Source: Candidatus Heimdallarchaeota archaeon (GTDB lineage Archaea > Asgardarchaeota > Heimdallarchaeia > JABLTI01). Taken from it: a stretch of DNA of 40,647 nt. How positions within the stretch are numbered: position 1 is the stretch's first letter; the number at the start of each line of letters is the position of its first letter. The position numbers and the translations under genes are program-made. Under the pieces are notes generated by a model, which was not told the DNA's origin, ran no database searches, and was given only the letters and a program-made list of their open reading frames with translations. The stretch covers positions 1-40,647 of the forward strand of contig JABCTZ010000027.1 of assembly GCA_018238155.1 (NCBI GenBank). The letters are read 5' to 3'. Positions 1-10,030 of this stretch are shown here, one piece after another.

Positions 1-136
1 CGCAACTGAAGAAGAAGCTGAAGACGCAACTGAAGAAGAAGCTGAAGACGCAACTGAAGAAGAAGCTGAAGACGCAACTGAAGAAGAAGCTGAAGACGCA
101 ACTGAAGAAGAAGCTGAAGACGCAACTGAAGAAGAA
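1..136 (+). repeat. Perfect 24-bp tandem repeat cgcaactgaagaagaagctgaaga, 5 full copies plus a partial (may extend left of the window)
   Basis: Units start at 1, 25, 49, 73, 97, 121; the period is in frame (8 aa). Confidence 0.97.
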
Positions 137-193
137 CCAAGTGAAACCTCCGTTGAAGTCTCTCCTGTAGACGACGACGATGATGAGTGGTAA
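2..193 (+). CDS. 3' end of a CDS truncated by the window edge; acidic low-complexity tail (EDATEEEA)n...DDDDDEW
   Basis: Open frame from position 2 to TAA at 191-193, followed by a hairpin and T-tract; the protein cannot be identified from the tail alone. Confidence 0.75.
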   Translation, partial: ATEEEAEDATEEEAEDATEEEAEDATEEEAEDATEEEAEDATEEEPSETSVEVSPVDDDDDEW

Positions 194-207
194 AGAAAAA
201 AATCAAT

Positions 208-240
208 TTGGTGAAATTTTTTCACCAATTCTCTTTTTCA
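208..240 (+). terminator. Hairpin plus pyrimidine tract
   Basis: ttggtgaaa (208-216) / tttcaccaa (220-228) followed by ttctcttttt, just after a stop codon. Confidence 0.55.
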
Positions 241-249
241 ATAGTTAAT

Positions 250-266
250 CAAAACGATTATAAGTA
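250..266 (+). promoter_or_regulatory. Putative BRE/TATA promoter of tRNA-Gln
   Basis: aaaacga-ttataag about 35-45 nt upstream of the mature tRNA 5' end. Confidence 0.45.
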
Positions 267-298
267 ATTGTAAATGAGAAACATAATCGTAGAAAGCT

Positions 299-376
299 AG
301 CCCGGTAGTGTAGCTAGGTCAAGCATCTAGGACTCTGAATCCTGGGACGGCGGTTCGAATCCGCCTCGGGCTACCA
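299..376 (+). tRNA. trnQ: tRNA-Gln(CUG), CCA encoded, no intron
   Basis: Acceptor agcccgg/tcgggct with the A1-U72 pair typical of archaeal tRNA-Gln; anticodon arm tagga-ctCTGaa-tcctg; T-arm ggcgg-ttcgaat-ccgcc; 3' ACCA. Confidence 0.96.
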
Positions 377-550
377 TTTTTACCATCCAATTTTGAGTAG
401 CTAGTTAGTTTATCTTTACTATAAGATATCCAAAACATTAAATAACTCAGTAATGAAATTTTAAGAGCTAATAGTAATTGTAACGGTTACTCTAAAAATA
501 AATACAAGCAAATTTTATAGAAAAAGGTCTGTAATCGTTGATTAGCATAG

Positions 551-1129
551 GTGACTAATAAAATGTTTGAAGAAATCCGCTGGCATGGTAGAGGAGGACA
601 AGGTGCAGTAACTTCTGCGAAAATACTTGCTGATGCTGCACATCGTGAAGGTAAATTTGTCCAAGCTTTTGCTTTTTATGGAGCAGAACGAAGAGGAGCA
701 CCTGTAGAGACTTATACACGAATTTCTGATTGTCATGTAAAGCGACATTCTCAAATCTATAATCCCACAGTTGTTGCAGTACTTGATCCTGCGCTCCCGA
801 AGATATTATATCTGAAAGGACTTTCAAAGAATAGCACTTTAATTGTTAATTCTAATAAACAAATGGAATTCTCTTCCGAAATTGATTGTACGAAATTCTG
901 GATAGATGCAACACAAATTGCAATCGATTTGGAATTACGTGTATCTGAAAGTTACATCACAAATACAATAATGACTGGTGCAGTAGCAAAAGCAACAGGA
1001 CTAGTGAAGCTGGATTCTGTGCTAGATGCACTCAAGAGCCAACTTAACAAACGAATCTGGGAAAAGAATATTGAAGCCGCCAAACGTGGATACAACGAAA
1101 CACATCCCTACAATAATGGAGGAAAATGA
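551..1129 (+). CDS. porG: 2-oxoacid:ferredoxin oxidoreductase gamma subunit (POR/VOR family)
   Basis: EIRWHGRGGQGAVT and YGAERRGAPV motifs; first gene of a gamma-delta-alpha-beta operon. Confidence 0.93.
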   Translation: MTNKMFEEIRWHGRGGQGAVTSAKILADAAHREGKFVQAFAFYGAERRGAPVETYTRISDCHVKRHSQIYNPTVVAVLDPALPKILYLKGLSKNSTLIVNSNKQMEFSSEIDCTKFWIDATQIAIDLELRVSESYITNTIMTGAVAKATGLVKLDSVLDALKSQLNKRIWEKNIEAAKRGYNETHPYNNGGK

Positions 1130-1458
1130 GAATGACAAATACAAACGACGATTTTAAAGTTGATACTTGGAACTCAAGACCTGCAAAAGGTTCAGCTGGA
1201 GAAACAGGTTTGTGGAGAACATTCCGACCTGTTATTGATCATGAAAAATGTACAAGATGTGAAATTTGTGTACTCTTTTGTCCAGAACCTTGTATTGAAT
1301 TGAATCAAGAGGATAAGTCACATAAAAAAGGAAAAATAATTATCGATTATTTGTACTGTAAAGGGTGTGGCATGTGTGCAAATGAATGTCCACAGCATTG
1401 TATAGCAATGATCAAAGAGACTGAATTTTCCAAGGAAAAAGAAAAGGAGGACAAATAA
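1126..1458 (+). CDS. porD: 2-oxoacid:ferredoxin oxidoreductase delta subunit, 2x[4Fe-4S]
   Basis: TGLWRTFRP; two CxxCxxCxxxCP motifs; DYLYCKGCG. Confidence 0.93.
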   Translation: MRMTNTNDDFKVDTWNSRPAKGSAGETGLWRTFRPVIDHEKCTRCEICVLFCPEPCIELNQEDKSHKKGKIIIDYLYCKGCGMCANECPQHCIAMIKETEFSKEKEKEDK

Positions 1459-2640
1459 ATGACTGTTTCAGATAACCGACCAAAATCATTAGGGCATGAT
1501 GAACCAAAAACCCTCATCATTAGCGGTAATCATGCAGCTGCTTATGCTGCCAAAATGGCTCGTGTAGAGGTCGTTGCTGCTTATCCTATTACTCCTTCTA
1601 CTGGATGTATTGAAAAAATATCTGATTTTGTAGATGGTGGAACAATGGGTGCGCATTATATTAAGGTTGAAAGTGAGCATAGTGCTGCTGGTGCATTAAT
1701 TGGTGCATCTGCTACAGGTGCCCGAACTTTCTCTTCTACTTCCGCTCATGGTTTGCTCTATATGGCTGAACTTGTTTGGTGGGCTGCTCTTGCTCGTTTA
1801 CCTGCAGTTATGAGTATAGTAAATCGAGAATTAGCTCCTGCATGGTCCATTTGGGCTCAAACACAAGACTCGATGGGTCTTCGTGATTCCGGTTGCCTTC
1901 AATATTATTGTAAAAATAATCAAGAAGTCTTTGATTCGGTTATTATGGCCTATAAGATCAGTGAACATGAACATGTTTACATGCCTTCATTAGTTTGTCA
2001 AGATGCTTTCATTCTCTCTCATACAAATGCTCCCGTAGATATGCCCGCTCAAAAGGACCTTGATGACTTCTTACCTGCTTACGATCCAAAACATTTCAAA
2101 CTCGATCCTAAAGATCCTATTACACATAGTAGTTTAGCTTATCCGAAACACTATCGTCAGAAACGACTTAACATTATGGAATCAACTCATCGTGCCAAAC
2201 AAATCATCAAAGATGTTTGCGCAGATTATAAGAAACGCTTTGGAAAATTCCATGGTGATCTTCTTGAAACATATGGGCTCGATAAGAAAACAAAGCATCT
2301 CATTATTTCTCATTCTTCTATTGCAGAGGAAATTGAAGTCTCTGTTGATATGTTAAAAGATAAAGGATTTGATGTCGGTTTGATTCGATTACGAGTTCTT
2401 AGACCATTTCCAGATGGAGAGCTCAGAGAACTTTGCAAGAATATCGAAACAATTCACTTTATCGAGAGAGCTCCTTCTTATGGTTATAAGGGTATTATCG
2501 CTATCGATACGATGGCTGCTCTTTTTGAAGGCGATGCTCGACCAAAAGCATTCCACCACATCGAAGGACTCAGTGGGATGGATGTCACTGCAGAATATGC
2601 TGCTGACTTAATCGAAAAAGATCTTGAAACTCTAAAATGA
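1459..2640 (+). CDS. porA: 2-oxoacid:ferredoxin oxidoreductase alpha subunit
   Basis: SGNHAAAYA, AYPITP, VESEHSA, GARTF motifs; substrate (pyruvate or ketoisovalerate) not determinable. Confidence 0.93.
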   Translation: MTVSDNRPKSLGHDEPKTLIISGNHAAAYAAKMARVEVVAAYPITPSTGCIEKISDFVDGGTMGAHYIKVESEHSAAGALIGASATGARTFSSTSAHGLLYMAELVWWAALARLPAVMSIVNRELAPAWSIWAQTQDSMGLRDSGCLQYYCKNNQEVFDSVIMAYKISEHEHVYMPSLVCQDAFILSHTNAPVDMPAQKDLDDFLPAYDPKHFKLDPKDPITHSSLAYPKHYRQKRLNIMESTHRAKQIIKDVCADYKKRFGKFHGDLLETYGLDKKTKHLIISHSSIAEEIEVSVDMLKDKGFDVGLIRLRVLRPFPDGELRELCKNIETIHFIERAPSYGYKGIIAIDTMAALFEGDARPKAFHHIEGLSGMDVTAEYAADLIEKDLETLK

Positions 2641-2641
2641 G

Positions 2642-3559
2642 GTGAAAGAAAAAATGGTTACTACTAAAGAGATTTTAAGACTCCCAGAACCCATTCTAGC
2701 GGGACATGCTGCTTGTGCAGGCTGTTCTTCTTCCCTTGGATTGCGTTATGCATTAAAAGCCCTCGGTGAGGATGTTATTATGTCTGTTCCTGCATGCTGT
2801 ACTTCCGTTTGGCAAGGACCTTATCCAAAATCATCTATATCAGTTCCAGTACTAAATATTGCTTTTGCTGCTGCAGCTTCAGCTGCTTCTGGCATTTCAG
2901 GCGCATTACAAGCTAAGGGAAACAAAGACACAACCGTGCTTGCTTGGGCTGGAGACGGTGGAAGTGTTGATATTGGTTTAGCAACTATATCTGGTGCAGC
3001 AGAAAGAAATGATAATATGATTTATGTTTGCTATTCAAATGAAAGCTATAGTAATACCGGCGTTCAAAAATCTGGTGCAACACCCCCAGGTGCTCGAACT
3101 ACAACAACACCTTATGGTCGTGTTGGTTCTCCAAAAGATATCTCCTTAATAATGTGGACACATAACTTACCCTACGTTGCAACAGCTTGTACATCTTATC
3201 CACGAGATTTCATTACAAAACTCCAGAAAGCACAGACAATGGATGGATTCAAATTTATCTACCTTCTCGCACCTTGTTGTGTTGGATGGCGATTCCCATC
3301 TGAGAAAACAATCGAGATTGGAAAACTCGCAGTAGAATCTGGTGCCCATATTTTGTGGGAAGCAGTAAATGGAGATATTAAAATATCTAATTTAAGTAAG
3401 AAATATGAAGATCCTGCAAAGAGAAAACCATTAGCCGAATATTTGAAAGATCAGGGTCGTTACAAAGGTATTGGTGAAGAAATGATAACCGCCTATCAAA
3501 ACTATATTGATCATCAATGGTCTATTATTACTTCCCTCGCTAAAATTAGACAAAAATAA
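2642..3559 (+). CDS. porB: 2-oxoacid:ferredoxin oxidoreductase beta subunit (TPP-binding)
   Basis: GHAACAGC, AGDGG and NESYSNTGVQKSGATP motifs. Confidence 0.93.
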   Translation: MKEKMVTTKEILRLPEPILAGHAACAGCSSSLGLRYALKALGEDVIMSVPACCTSVWQGPYPKSSISVPVLNIAFAAAASAASGISGALQAKGNKDTTVLAWAGDGGSVDIGLATISGAAERNDNMIYVCYSNESYSNTGVQKSGATPPGARTTTTPYGRVGSPKDISLIMWTHNLPYVATACTSYPRDFITKLQKAQTMDGFKFIYLLAPCCVGWRFPSEKTIEIGKLAVESGAHILWEAVNGDIKISNLSKKYEDPAKRKPLAEYLKDQGRYKGIGEEMITAYQNYIDHQWSIITSLAKIRQK

Positions 3560-3569
3560 CAAAAAAATT

Positions 3570-3610
3570 GAAGCATATTTTACATGCTTCTTCTTCTTTT
3601 CTTTCTTTTT
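3570..3610 (+). terminator. Hairpin plus T-tract between convergent genes
   Basis: gaagcat (3570-3576) / atgcttc (3584-3590) followed by a T-rich run. Confidence 0.5.
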
Positions 3611-3625
3611 ATGCTCATAAAGAAT

Positions 3626-4288
3626 CTACCATTCGAGCATCTTTTTAGCTGCTAAAATATTTTCTTTTACATTTGTGTGCAAATCAGGTCCATGTCCACT
3701 ATATAAATGCTCTAACTCCAATTCTGCTAATTTATTTAAGGATGCAATTAAAGTAGTTCTATTTCCAGTTGGAAGATCAACTCGACCACAACCTGCACCT
3801 GCAAACACTACATCTCCTGCAAAAAGTGATTTGCTTTTTTTATCGTAAACAACTGCACAACCGTCTGTATGTCCTGGGGAATGAATGACTTCCAAATCAG
3901 CACCCTTAAAAGTGATTTTCTCATTATCTTTGTAGACTTTTTCAACCGTATAATTAATTTCTCCTGAGCCATACATTGAAAGTAAAGTCACAGTATCTTT
4001 TTCATTGATATGTTTGGCTGTTTGTGAACTTGCACTATATTGAACATTTGTAAACTCAGCTAAATTATCGCTTCCTAAAACATGATCAATATGGCAATGA
4101 GTTAAGAAAACCTCTATTTGGAAATCAGTCATTTTCTCAGTCATTTTTCCCAATACTTTCTTCAAAGCAAAATTAGTTTGAAGGCCATCAAGCCCAAGAT
4201 CTATCACTAGAATTTTCTCTTCGTTTTCACTGCTCAAAATGAAAATATTGGAATTTAATCCTTCTCCTCGTATAATTTCTACTTGCAT
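3626..4288 (-). CDS. Metallo-beta-lactamase fold hydrolase (glyoxalase II-like)
   Basis: THCHIDH, PGHT, GDVVF and SGHG motifs; ATG at 4288 preferred over the overlapping start at 4306. Confidence 0.88.
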   Translation of the reverse strand: MQVEIIRGEGLNSNIFILSSENEEKILVIDLGLDGLQTNFALKKVLGKMTEKMTDFQIEVFLTHCHIDHVLGSDNLAEFTNVQYSASSQTAKHINEKDTVTLLSMYGSGEINYTVEKVYKDNEKITFKGADLEVIHSPGHTDGCAVVYDKKSKSLFAGDVVFAGAGCGRVDLPTGNRTTLIASLNKLAELELEHLYSGHGPDLHTNVKENILAAKKMLEW

Positions 4289-4290
4289 AA

Positions 4291-4803
4291 TTAGTCTTCT
4301 CTCCAAAGTTTTTTCTGCATCAAATAAACAATGTTTCCTTTTCTCATTCGCTCTCCAATTATTTTATATTCTCTATGTTTGTAGAAATCAACTAATTTCT
4401 GATGATCTCCATAGGTTTCTACCACCACAACTCTTTCTTCTCTTTTTCTAAGCATCTGTTCTGCAGAATCTATTATATAAGAACCGAATCCTTTGTTTTG
4501 CATACTAGCTATTATTGCTACTTTCTGAATTTCCATTACATTATGACTCTCCTTCAATTTAATAGTAAAGGTACCAATTACTTTGCTTTTGTAAAGAACA
4601 GAATAGATTGTTTTATTTTCGATTCTTTCTAGAATCTTTTCTTCTGTTTCTAACATTCCTCGGGGTTTTCTTCCTAAAATAGTTTCAATAGGTGTATAAG
4701 CAGTTACAATAATATCTAGTAAGGTACGAACTTCCTCCAGAATAGATAACCGTATCTCTGTTTCTTTCATCCAATCTTCTTTCAAAAAGTCTGGTGTATG
4801 CAA
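4291..4803 (-). CDS. GNAT family N-acetyltransferase
   Basis: Motif A (VAI...MQNKGFGS) and FYKHREY motif B. Confidence 0.85.
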   Translation of the reverse strand: MHTPDFLKEDWMKETEIRLSILEEVRTLLDIIVTAYTPIETILGRKPRGMLETEEKILERIENKTIYSVLYKSKVIGTFTIKLKESHNVMEIQKVAIIASMQNKGFGSYIIDSAEQMLRKREERVVVVETYGDHQKLVDFYKHREYKIIGERMRKGNIVYLMQKKLWRED

Positions 4804-4992
4804 ATGAAAACTCCTGCAGCATAGTGCTATTTTTTACTCAATCAATCGTAAATCATTGTGTTATTTGAATTTTACTAATTTACTTAAGATTAACTGTTGT
4901 TAAACTGAAAAAATGACTTTTATACTATTGATATATTGTATATTAAACTTTAAAGATAATCTAATTGAATAATTCATATTGTTGGTGCTAAT

Positions 4993-6138
4993 ATGAGAGC
5001 AATAACTCAAGAAAAAATTGATAATTTGACTGAATTTATGGAAAAAAATAGTATTGATGTTATATTAATAGCTGACTGGGAAAATGCTAGAGATGTTAAT
5101 ATGCGTTTTCTATCAGGACATCCTATGGATGCAACGTTGGTGTTAACTGCGGGTGGAGAAGTTTGTTTGGTTCCATGGGATAAACAATTGGCAGAAGATC
5201 ATGCACAGGTGGATGTAACTCTTGACTTCACACAATATGCTAATAGACAAGCAGGAGGGGCTATTGAATATATTAAAGATGCTACCAAAAAAGACAATCC
5301 AATTATTGGTGTAAATAATAATATTCCTTATCGTTTTATTTTAAATATCAAAGAAAGACTGCCAAATGCCACCATCTTTTCTAATCCAAAAGAAATTGCT
5401 GATAAATTTTCAACACTAAGGGCTACAAAAAGCCCACAAGAACTTGATAAATTGACGGAAGCAGCAAAGATTGGCAACAAAACTATTGCTGATATCAAGA
5501 AATTTGCAGAAGAAAAACAAGGTACAGAAAGTGATTTATCATTTATTGTAATGAAGAAAATGAGAGAATATGGTGCAGAAGATAATGCTTTTCCATCTCT
5601 AATTGCAAACACTAATCGTTCACATATGATTCATTGTCACCCATCTGCTGGAAATAATCGTTATGCAGAACAAGGTTTGGCATTAATCGATTTTGGTGCA
5701 TTATTTGAAGGTTATTGTTGTGATATTACCGTCCCCATAACATTTGGTAAGCTTACACCTGAACAAGAAAAAATCCGTGATACAACTCTTAAAGCCTATG
5801 AGGCAGCTATTGAATCAATTGATTTGGGTGTTCCTTTTTGGAAAATTTCCAAAGCAGCAAATGACGTTATTGAGACAGCTGGTTATGTAATGCCCCATGG
5901 TTTAGGTCATGGCTTAGGTCTTGCTGTTCATGATTCTCCTGGTGTGAGACAAAAACCTACTGATTCAATTGCACTCAAAGGTTGGACTGAACGTGTGGTC
6001 GAAGATGGTATGGTGTTTACTATTGAACCTGGTGTTTATATTAAGGGGCTTGGTGGACAAAGATTAGAAAATGATGTTATGATTCGCAATGGAAAAGTAG
6101 TCGTTTACACAAAATCAGAATTAGTTGAAGTTGAATAG
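4993..6138 (+). CDS. Xaa-Pro peptidase (M24 family)
   Basis: IDFGA, YCCDIT, HGLGHGLGLAVHD, FTIEPGVY and RLENDV metal-ligand motifs. Confidence 0.93.
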   Translation: MRAITQEKIDNLTEFMEKNSIDVILIADWENARDVNMRFLSGHPMDATLVLTAGGEVCLVPWDKQLAEDHAQVDVTLDFTQYANRQAGGAIEYIKDATKKDNPIIGVNNNIPYRFILNIKERLPNATIFSNPKEIADKFSTLRATKSPQELDKLTEAAKIGNKTIADIKKFAEEKQGTESDLSFIVMKKMREYGAEDNAFPSLIANTNRSHMIHCHPSAGNNRYAEQGLALIDFGALFEGYCCDITVPITFGKLTPEQEKIRDTTLKAYEAAIESIDLGVPFWKISKAANDVIETAGYVMPHGLGHGLGLAVHDSPGVRQKPTDSIALKGWTERVVEDGMVFTIEPGVYIKGLGGQRLENDVMIRNGKVVVYTKSELVEVE

Positions 6139-6190
6139 GATAGAATGGTTGATCCATTTCTATCTGATTTTTCTCAACACATAATTGTGT

Positions 6191-6562
6191 TTATGTTTTA
6201 TCAAACACTTGGTCAAATATTTTCTTAAAAAGTTCTTTTGCTTTTAGCATTGCATTATGACCTTCTTTGGTTATCGAGTAATATTTGCGATCAGGTCTTC
6301 CTTCAGGGTTATCTTTTACATATGAAACAACGAGATTATCTTTTTCTAATTTATACAGAATTGTATATGATGTTACTGTAGCGGGTTCAAATCCGAATCG
6401 TTTCTTTATTGATTCTTTGAGTTCATATCCATACATCTCCTTTTCTTGTAAGAGTCTGAGGATATAAATCCATAAATTATCAATAGAAATTTTTTTCGTC
6501 AAGCGTTTGAAGGCTTTTGAACTTTTATTAGAGCTCTCTCCAGTTAGATGTTCGTAAGTCAT
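6191..6562 (-). CDS. PadR family transcriptional regulator
   Basis: MYGYEL...YTILYKLEKDNLV...RKYYSITKEG. Confidence 0.9.
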   Translation of the reverse strand: MTYEHLTGESSNKSSKAFKRLTKKISIDNLWIYILRLLQEKEMYGYELKESIKKRFGFEPATVTSYTILYKLEKDNLVVSYVKDNPEGRPDRKYYSITKEGHNAMLKAKELFKKIFDQVFDKT

Positions 6563-6813
6563 TTCAATTAAATCCTGTAAGACAATCTCTATTATTGGAT
6601 TGAACTCTTTATAATCTTGTAGTTGAAAAAAGTTTGCTTCTTACATATAAAACAAGTTATTTCATTTGTAGAAGATTAGCTTCTTCTAAAAAAACCATTA
6701 TAAATGGTTAATTCTGATTTCAACTTGAAAGCAAATCTTTTTAAAATAGAGACATACGTTCAACTTAGAAACTGACAATAATTTATAAAAATTATTGAAT
6801 CGGTCGTGAACAA

Positions 6814-7086
6814 ATGACTAAAAAAAGAAAATCTGGTGGCAGATCCAAAGGAAGCAAAGGCAAAGGTGGATCAGTCCAATGCTCCTCTTGTGGTAGGCAA
6901 GTACCATCTGATAAAGTCAAGAAAGAAACAAAATATGTTACTCTCATTGACCCCATGCTTGCTAGAGAATTAAGAAGAGAAGGTACTTTCATACCTAGAG
7001 AACGTACAACCAAGTACTATTGTGTATCTTGTGCCGTTCATCGAGGAAGAGTAAAGATTAGATCTAAAAAAGATCGTAAAACCTAG
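6814..7086 (+). CDS. rps26e: 30S ribosomal protein eS26
   Basis: MTKKRKSGGRSK, CSSCGRQVPSDK, YCVSCAVH. Confidence 0.96.
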   Translation: MTKKRKSGGRSKGSKGKGGSVQCSSCGRQVPSDKVKKETKYVTLIDPMLARELRREGTFIPRERTTKYYCVSCAVHRGRVKIRSKKDRKT

Positions 7087-7110
7087 AAATATTAGATAAA
7101 CGATTTTTTT

Positions 7111-7133
7111 TGAGAGGAAGTTTTATCCTCTCA
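7111..7133 (+). terminator. Hairpin downstream of rps26e
   Basis: tgagagga/tcctctca 8-bp inverted repeat preceded by a T-run. Confidence 0.45.
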
Positions 7134-7202
7134 GCTATTATCTAATATTATGTTTATTATTTTAAATCAACTTTGTACTAGAGTGAGAGGATTTGTTACT
7201 GA

Positions 7203-7823
7203 TTGACACAGAAAATTCTATTTGTTGTTATTTTGGAAGAAGAACCACCTAAATCTGATTTTTCATTAAAAAATCTCCCAGGTGAATCAAAAATAGATGT
7301 TATTGCACGAAACATCTTAACTTTGTATCCAAGATCTCATCTAAAATCAAGTATTACTTATTATGCATTATTCACCAAAAATTCACCAATGGTTCTCCAA
7401 GTAAATGGTTTAACTGTAAAAGAAGAGTGGTACGATGAAATTGAAATAGCATCATTTATTCGAAATTCATTTGAAATCCCTGCTGAGAAATTTGATGTTG
7501 ACTCAATAAATACCTCAAATGAGATCCAGTGGTACTCCTTGAGTAATTTTCAACATTTCTTTGAAGTTATTTCTGCATTACATTACAACCTCATTTATCT
7601 CCATGAGTCAGGAGAACCAATTGATACCTCTCAAAAACTAAAAGGAACAAAGGATAGCTTAGCTTTTATTTTGGGTGGTAGACAAGATATCTCTCGTGAA
7701 CATGAACAATACCTTGAAACGATTCAAGTAAACAAAATAAACCTTGGTGAAAAATCTTATCTAGCATCAACTTGTATATTAAAAATTCTCTTTGAAATTG
7801 ATAAGATTAATGAAGAATTTTAA
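7203..7823 (+). CDS. trmY: SPOUT methyltransferase, TrmY-like tRNA (pseudouridine54-N1) methyltransferase, divergent
   Basis: DFSLKNLPG..KIDV N-terminus; YLHESG, FILGG..D and NLGEKSYLASTCI knot motifs. Confidence 0.65.
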   Translation: MTQKILFVVILEEEPPKSDFSLKNLPGESKIDVIARNILTLYPRSHLKSSITYYALFTKNSPMVLQVNGLTVKEEWYDEIEIASFIRNSFEIPAEKFDVDSINTSNEIQWYSLSNFQHFFEVISALHYNLIYLHESGEPIDTSQKLKGTKDSLAFILGGRQDISREHEQYLETIQVNKINLGEKSYLASTCILKILFEIDKINEEF

Positions 7824-7954
7824 TAAAATAGTGTAATTACCATTCTTCATTCCAATAGCAATAATTATATAATCTAGAAGAGTTTGCCAAATCAATATTA
7901 CCGAACTAATTACTGCAAAAGTTTTCTCTAGCAAAAAATTCGGTGGTGGAAACT

Positions 7955-8221
7955 ATGTCTGAAGATGTACAATTAGCATTAAGAATTTTAAAAGACATTA
8001 GCGAGGATACAAGCGTTCCAAGAAACATTCGAAGGAGTGCCAGTGATTCACTAGCAGCTATTAATAATGTAGAAGATGAGCCTTCTCAAGCAATCAGAGC
8101 AAATATTGCTACAAGCATTTTAGAAGAAACGAGCTTAGATCCAAATTGCCCTGTTCATGCTCGAACTTTAATTTGGAAAGCAATTTCTATCTTAGAGATT
8201 ATTAGAGACGAAGAGGAATGA
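7955..8221 (+). CDS. UPF0147 family protein
   Basis: DTSVPRNIRR and DPNCPVHARTLIW signatures. Confidence 0.9.
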   Translation: MSEDVQLALRILKDISEDTSVPRNIRRSASDSLAAINNVEDEPSQAIRANIATSILEETSLDPNCPVHARTLIWKAISILEIIRDEEE

Positions 8222-8256
8222 TTTTTTCATTTTCACTCCGTTCACTTTTTATTTAT

Positions 8257-9645
8257 CTATTCATTTTGAGTTAATCTTAGAAATTCTTCTTCGAAATTTT
8301 CTTCTCCAATAGCCAAAACATATGCTTTACCATATCCAAGAGTATGGATGTAATTATTGATGGTGTCAGTATCTTCGTTGAATGTAGTAATTATTAATGG
8401 TATAGTTTCTCTATCTGTGAACTGTAATTGAGAAGCAGCTAAGAGAGCTTTTATTTCCTTCTTTTTCTGAAATGATAGAGAATAAGTTTTTGTTTGGTCA
8501 TCACAGACAAGGAAGTTACTTGTCCAAATTAAACCAAGAATATCATTTCTAAGCTGAAAATCCAAGCGCCAAATCCTTTTATCTAAACCAAGTTCTTGAT
8601 AATTTACAATCGAAATTGTTTTTTGAGAAAAGGTTATCTTATGGTTTTTACAAAAATCTGCAAGATAATGCTTGATTATTTTTTTATCTTCCCCTTCATA
8701 AATCGAATAAATACAGAAGGCTCCTTGTGGATGTGGAACTAGAAGTTTGAGTAAAACTCCGGCATCAAAAAGATAAGTAATATCTTTCTCTCGAAAATGA
8801 GTTTCATCTAAAGCAATTTTATATTTGCCAATACGTTCTCTGTCTGTTTTTTTTGCATATATCCAGTTATTTAGAGCAACTTCGTTGTAAAATTCTCGAT
8901 GTTCATCTCGTATTATTGAATAATTTTTCTTAGTGTTATTCACAGCAATTTTTGGTGTTAGAGATTGAGAGAGATGTTTGAAATTTCTAGCTTTAGTTCG
9001 TTCTTTCTTTTTTACTCTTTTCTTCTTATGGGTCTTAGGAGTTGCTTGTGTGAGCGACTCATTTAAAGTCATATCATAACTAACTAAAGGAGTTGACTCC
9101 TGAGCTTTTTTTTTATCGTTACTATTTGCTGAGCGAACATGTTCAATGGCATCTTCCCATAATTTATCAAATTCCATTTCTAATTGAGTTGTTTCAATAT
9201 TATTTTCACGTTGTGTGGATGTGTTTATGTATGGAACAGTCTCTTCTTCAGGTGGAGAACGCACATCAAAATCGATTTCTTGTTTTTCCTCAATTTCGAG
9301 TTCTGCATTATTACTCTCTATGCCAATATTTCCTGTTTCATCAAAAACTACTTCTCTAGTAAATTCATCTATTTCTACAATGGAGTTATTCTCACTCGAC
9401 AAGTTCAGTTTATTCTTATACCAATAATAGGTAATGAGTAAGATTTCAAAACCAAAGAGCCCTATGATCAATAACCAGCTCTTAGAAAGCACATAAGCGG
9501 GGATTGAAAGCAAAAAAACAAAATGACTGCTAAATGAAGATGCAGAGATGAGTAGAAAAACATATGTTACTAAAACAAGATAATTAATTATTGTAGTACC
9601 TGCCAATAGCTTCTTGAGAATGCCCTTGCTCAATTGAAATTTCAT
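8257..9645 (-). CDS. Hypothetical membrane-anchored protein (two N-terminal TM helices, acidic/basic linker, C-terminal globular domain)
   Basis: 462-aa ORF; hydrophobic N-terminus; no family recognised. Confidence 0.7.
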   Translation of the reverse strand: MKFQLSKGILKKLLAGTTIINYLVLVTYVFLLISASSFSSHFVFLLSIPAYVLSKSWLLIIGLFGFEILLITYYWYKNKLNLSSENNSIVEIDEFTREVVFDETGNIGIESNNAELEIEEKQEIDFDVRSPPEEETVPYINTSTQRENNIETTQLEMEFDKLWEDAIEHVRSANSNDKKKAQESTPLVSYDMTLNESLTQATPKTHKKKRVKKKERTKARNFKHLSQSLTPKIAVNNTKKNYSIIRDEHREFYNEVALNNWIYAKKTDRERIGKYKIALDETHFREKDITYLFDAGVLLKLLVPHPQGAFCIYSIYEGEDKKIIKHYLADFCKNHKITFSQKTISIVNYQELGLDKRIWRLDFQLRNDILGLIWTSNFLVCDDQTKTYSLSFQKKKEIKALLAASQLQFTDRETIPLIITTFNEDTDTINNYIHTLGYGKAYVLAIGEENFEEEFLRLTQNE

Positions 9646-9760
9646 GTAAACTCGACCCGAAAGACTCTATAAATAAGTAATAATTAGCCTTTTTAAACTC
9701 AAATAATTAGCCAATAGAAAAGAGATTGATTGAAACCGAAAAATCAATTGACAATATATC

Positions 9761-10030
9761 TTATTCGTTATTTAATGGATTTTTGGCACTAAATCTGCAA
9801 ATTGTAGTGACCATTGAGTATCCAGATTTATGAGCTCTTTGATGTTCAATCATATGTGGGCATGTCTTACATTGTTTTGTTGAAAAAGACTGGTTGGATT
9901 TAGGACATAAAATCGTTTGAAATTTCAGCTGAGATTTATCTATCTTGTTTATTTCTGAACCAATTCCTCTTGTAGAGTGTTTTTCTATTTCATTTTTGGA
10001 ACATAGTAATTCTTTGAACATTGTTTTCAA
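9761..10030 (-). CDS. Small Cys-containing hypothetical protein, possibly metal-binding
   Basis: CP...CxxCxH...C pattern; start uncertain. Confidence 0.45.
   Translation of the reverse strand: MKTMFKELLCSKNEIEKHSTRGIGSEINKIDKSQLKFQTILCPKSNQSFSTKQCKTCPHMIEHQRAHKSGYSMVTTICRFSAKNPLNNE

Noticed and set aside
1-136. 24-bp repeats as a CRISPR array
   Set aside because: Head-to-tail with no spacers and in frame with a protein
299-376. tRNA-Gln as the integration site of the island
   Set aside because: No duplicated tRNA 3' end seen in the window, no tyrosine or serine integrase, and the flanking genes are housekeeping
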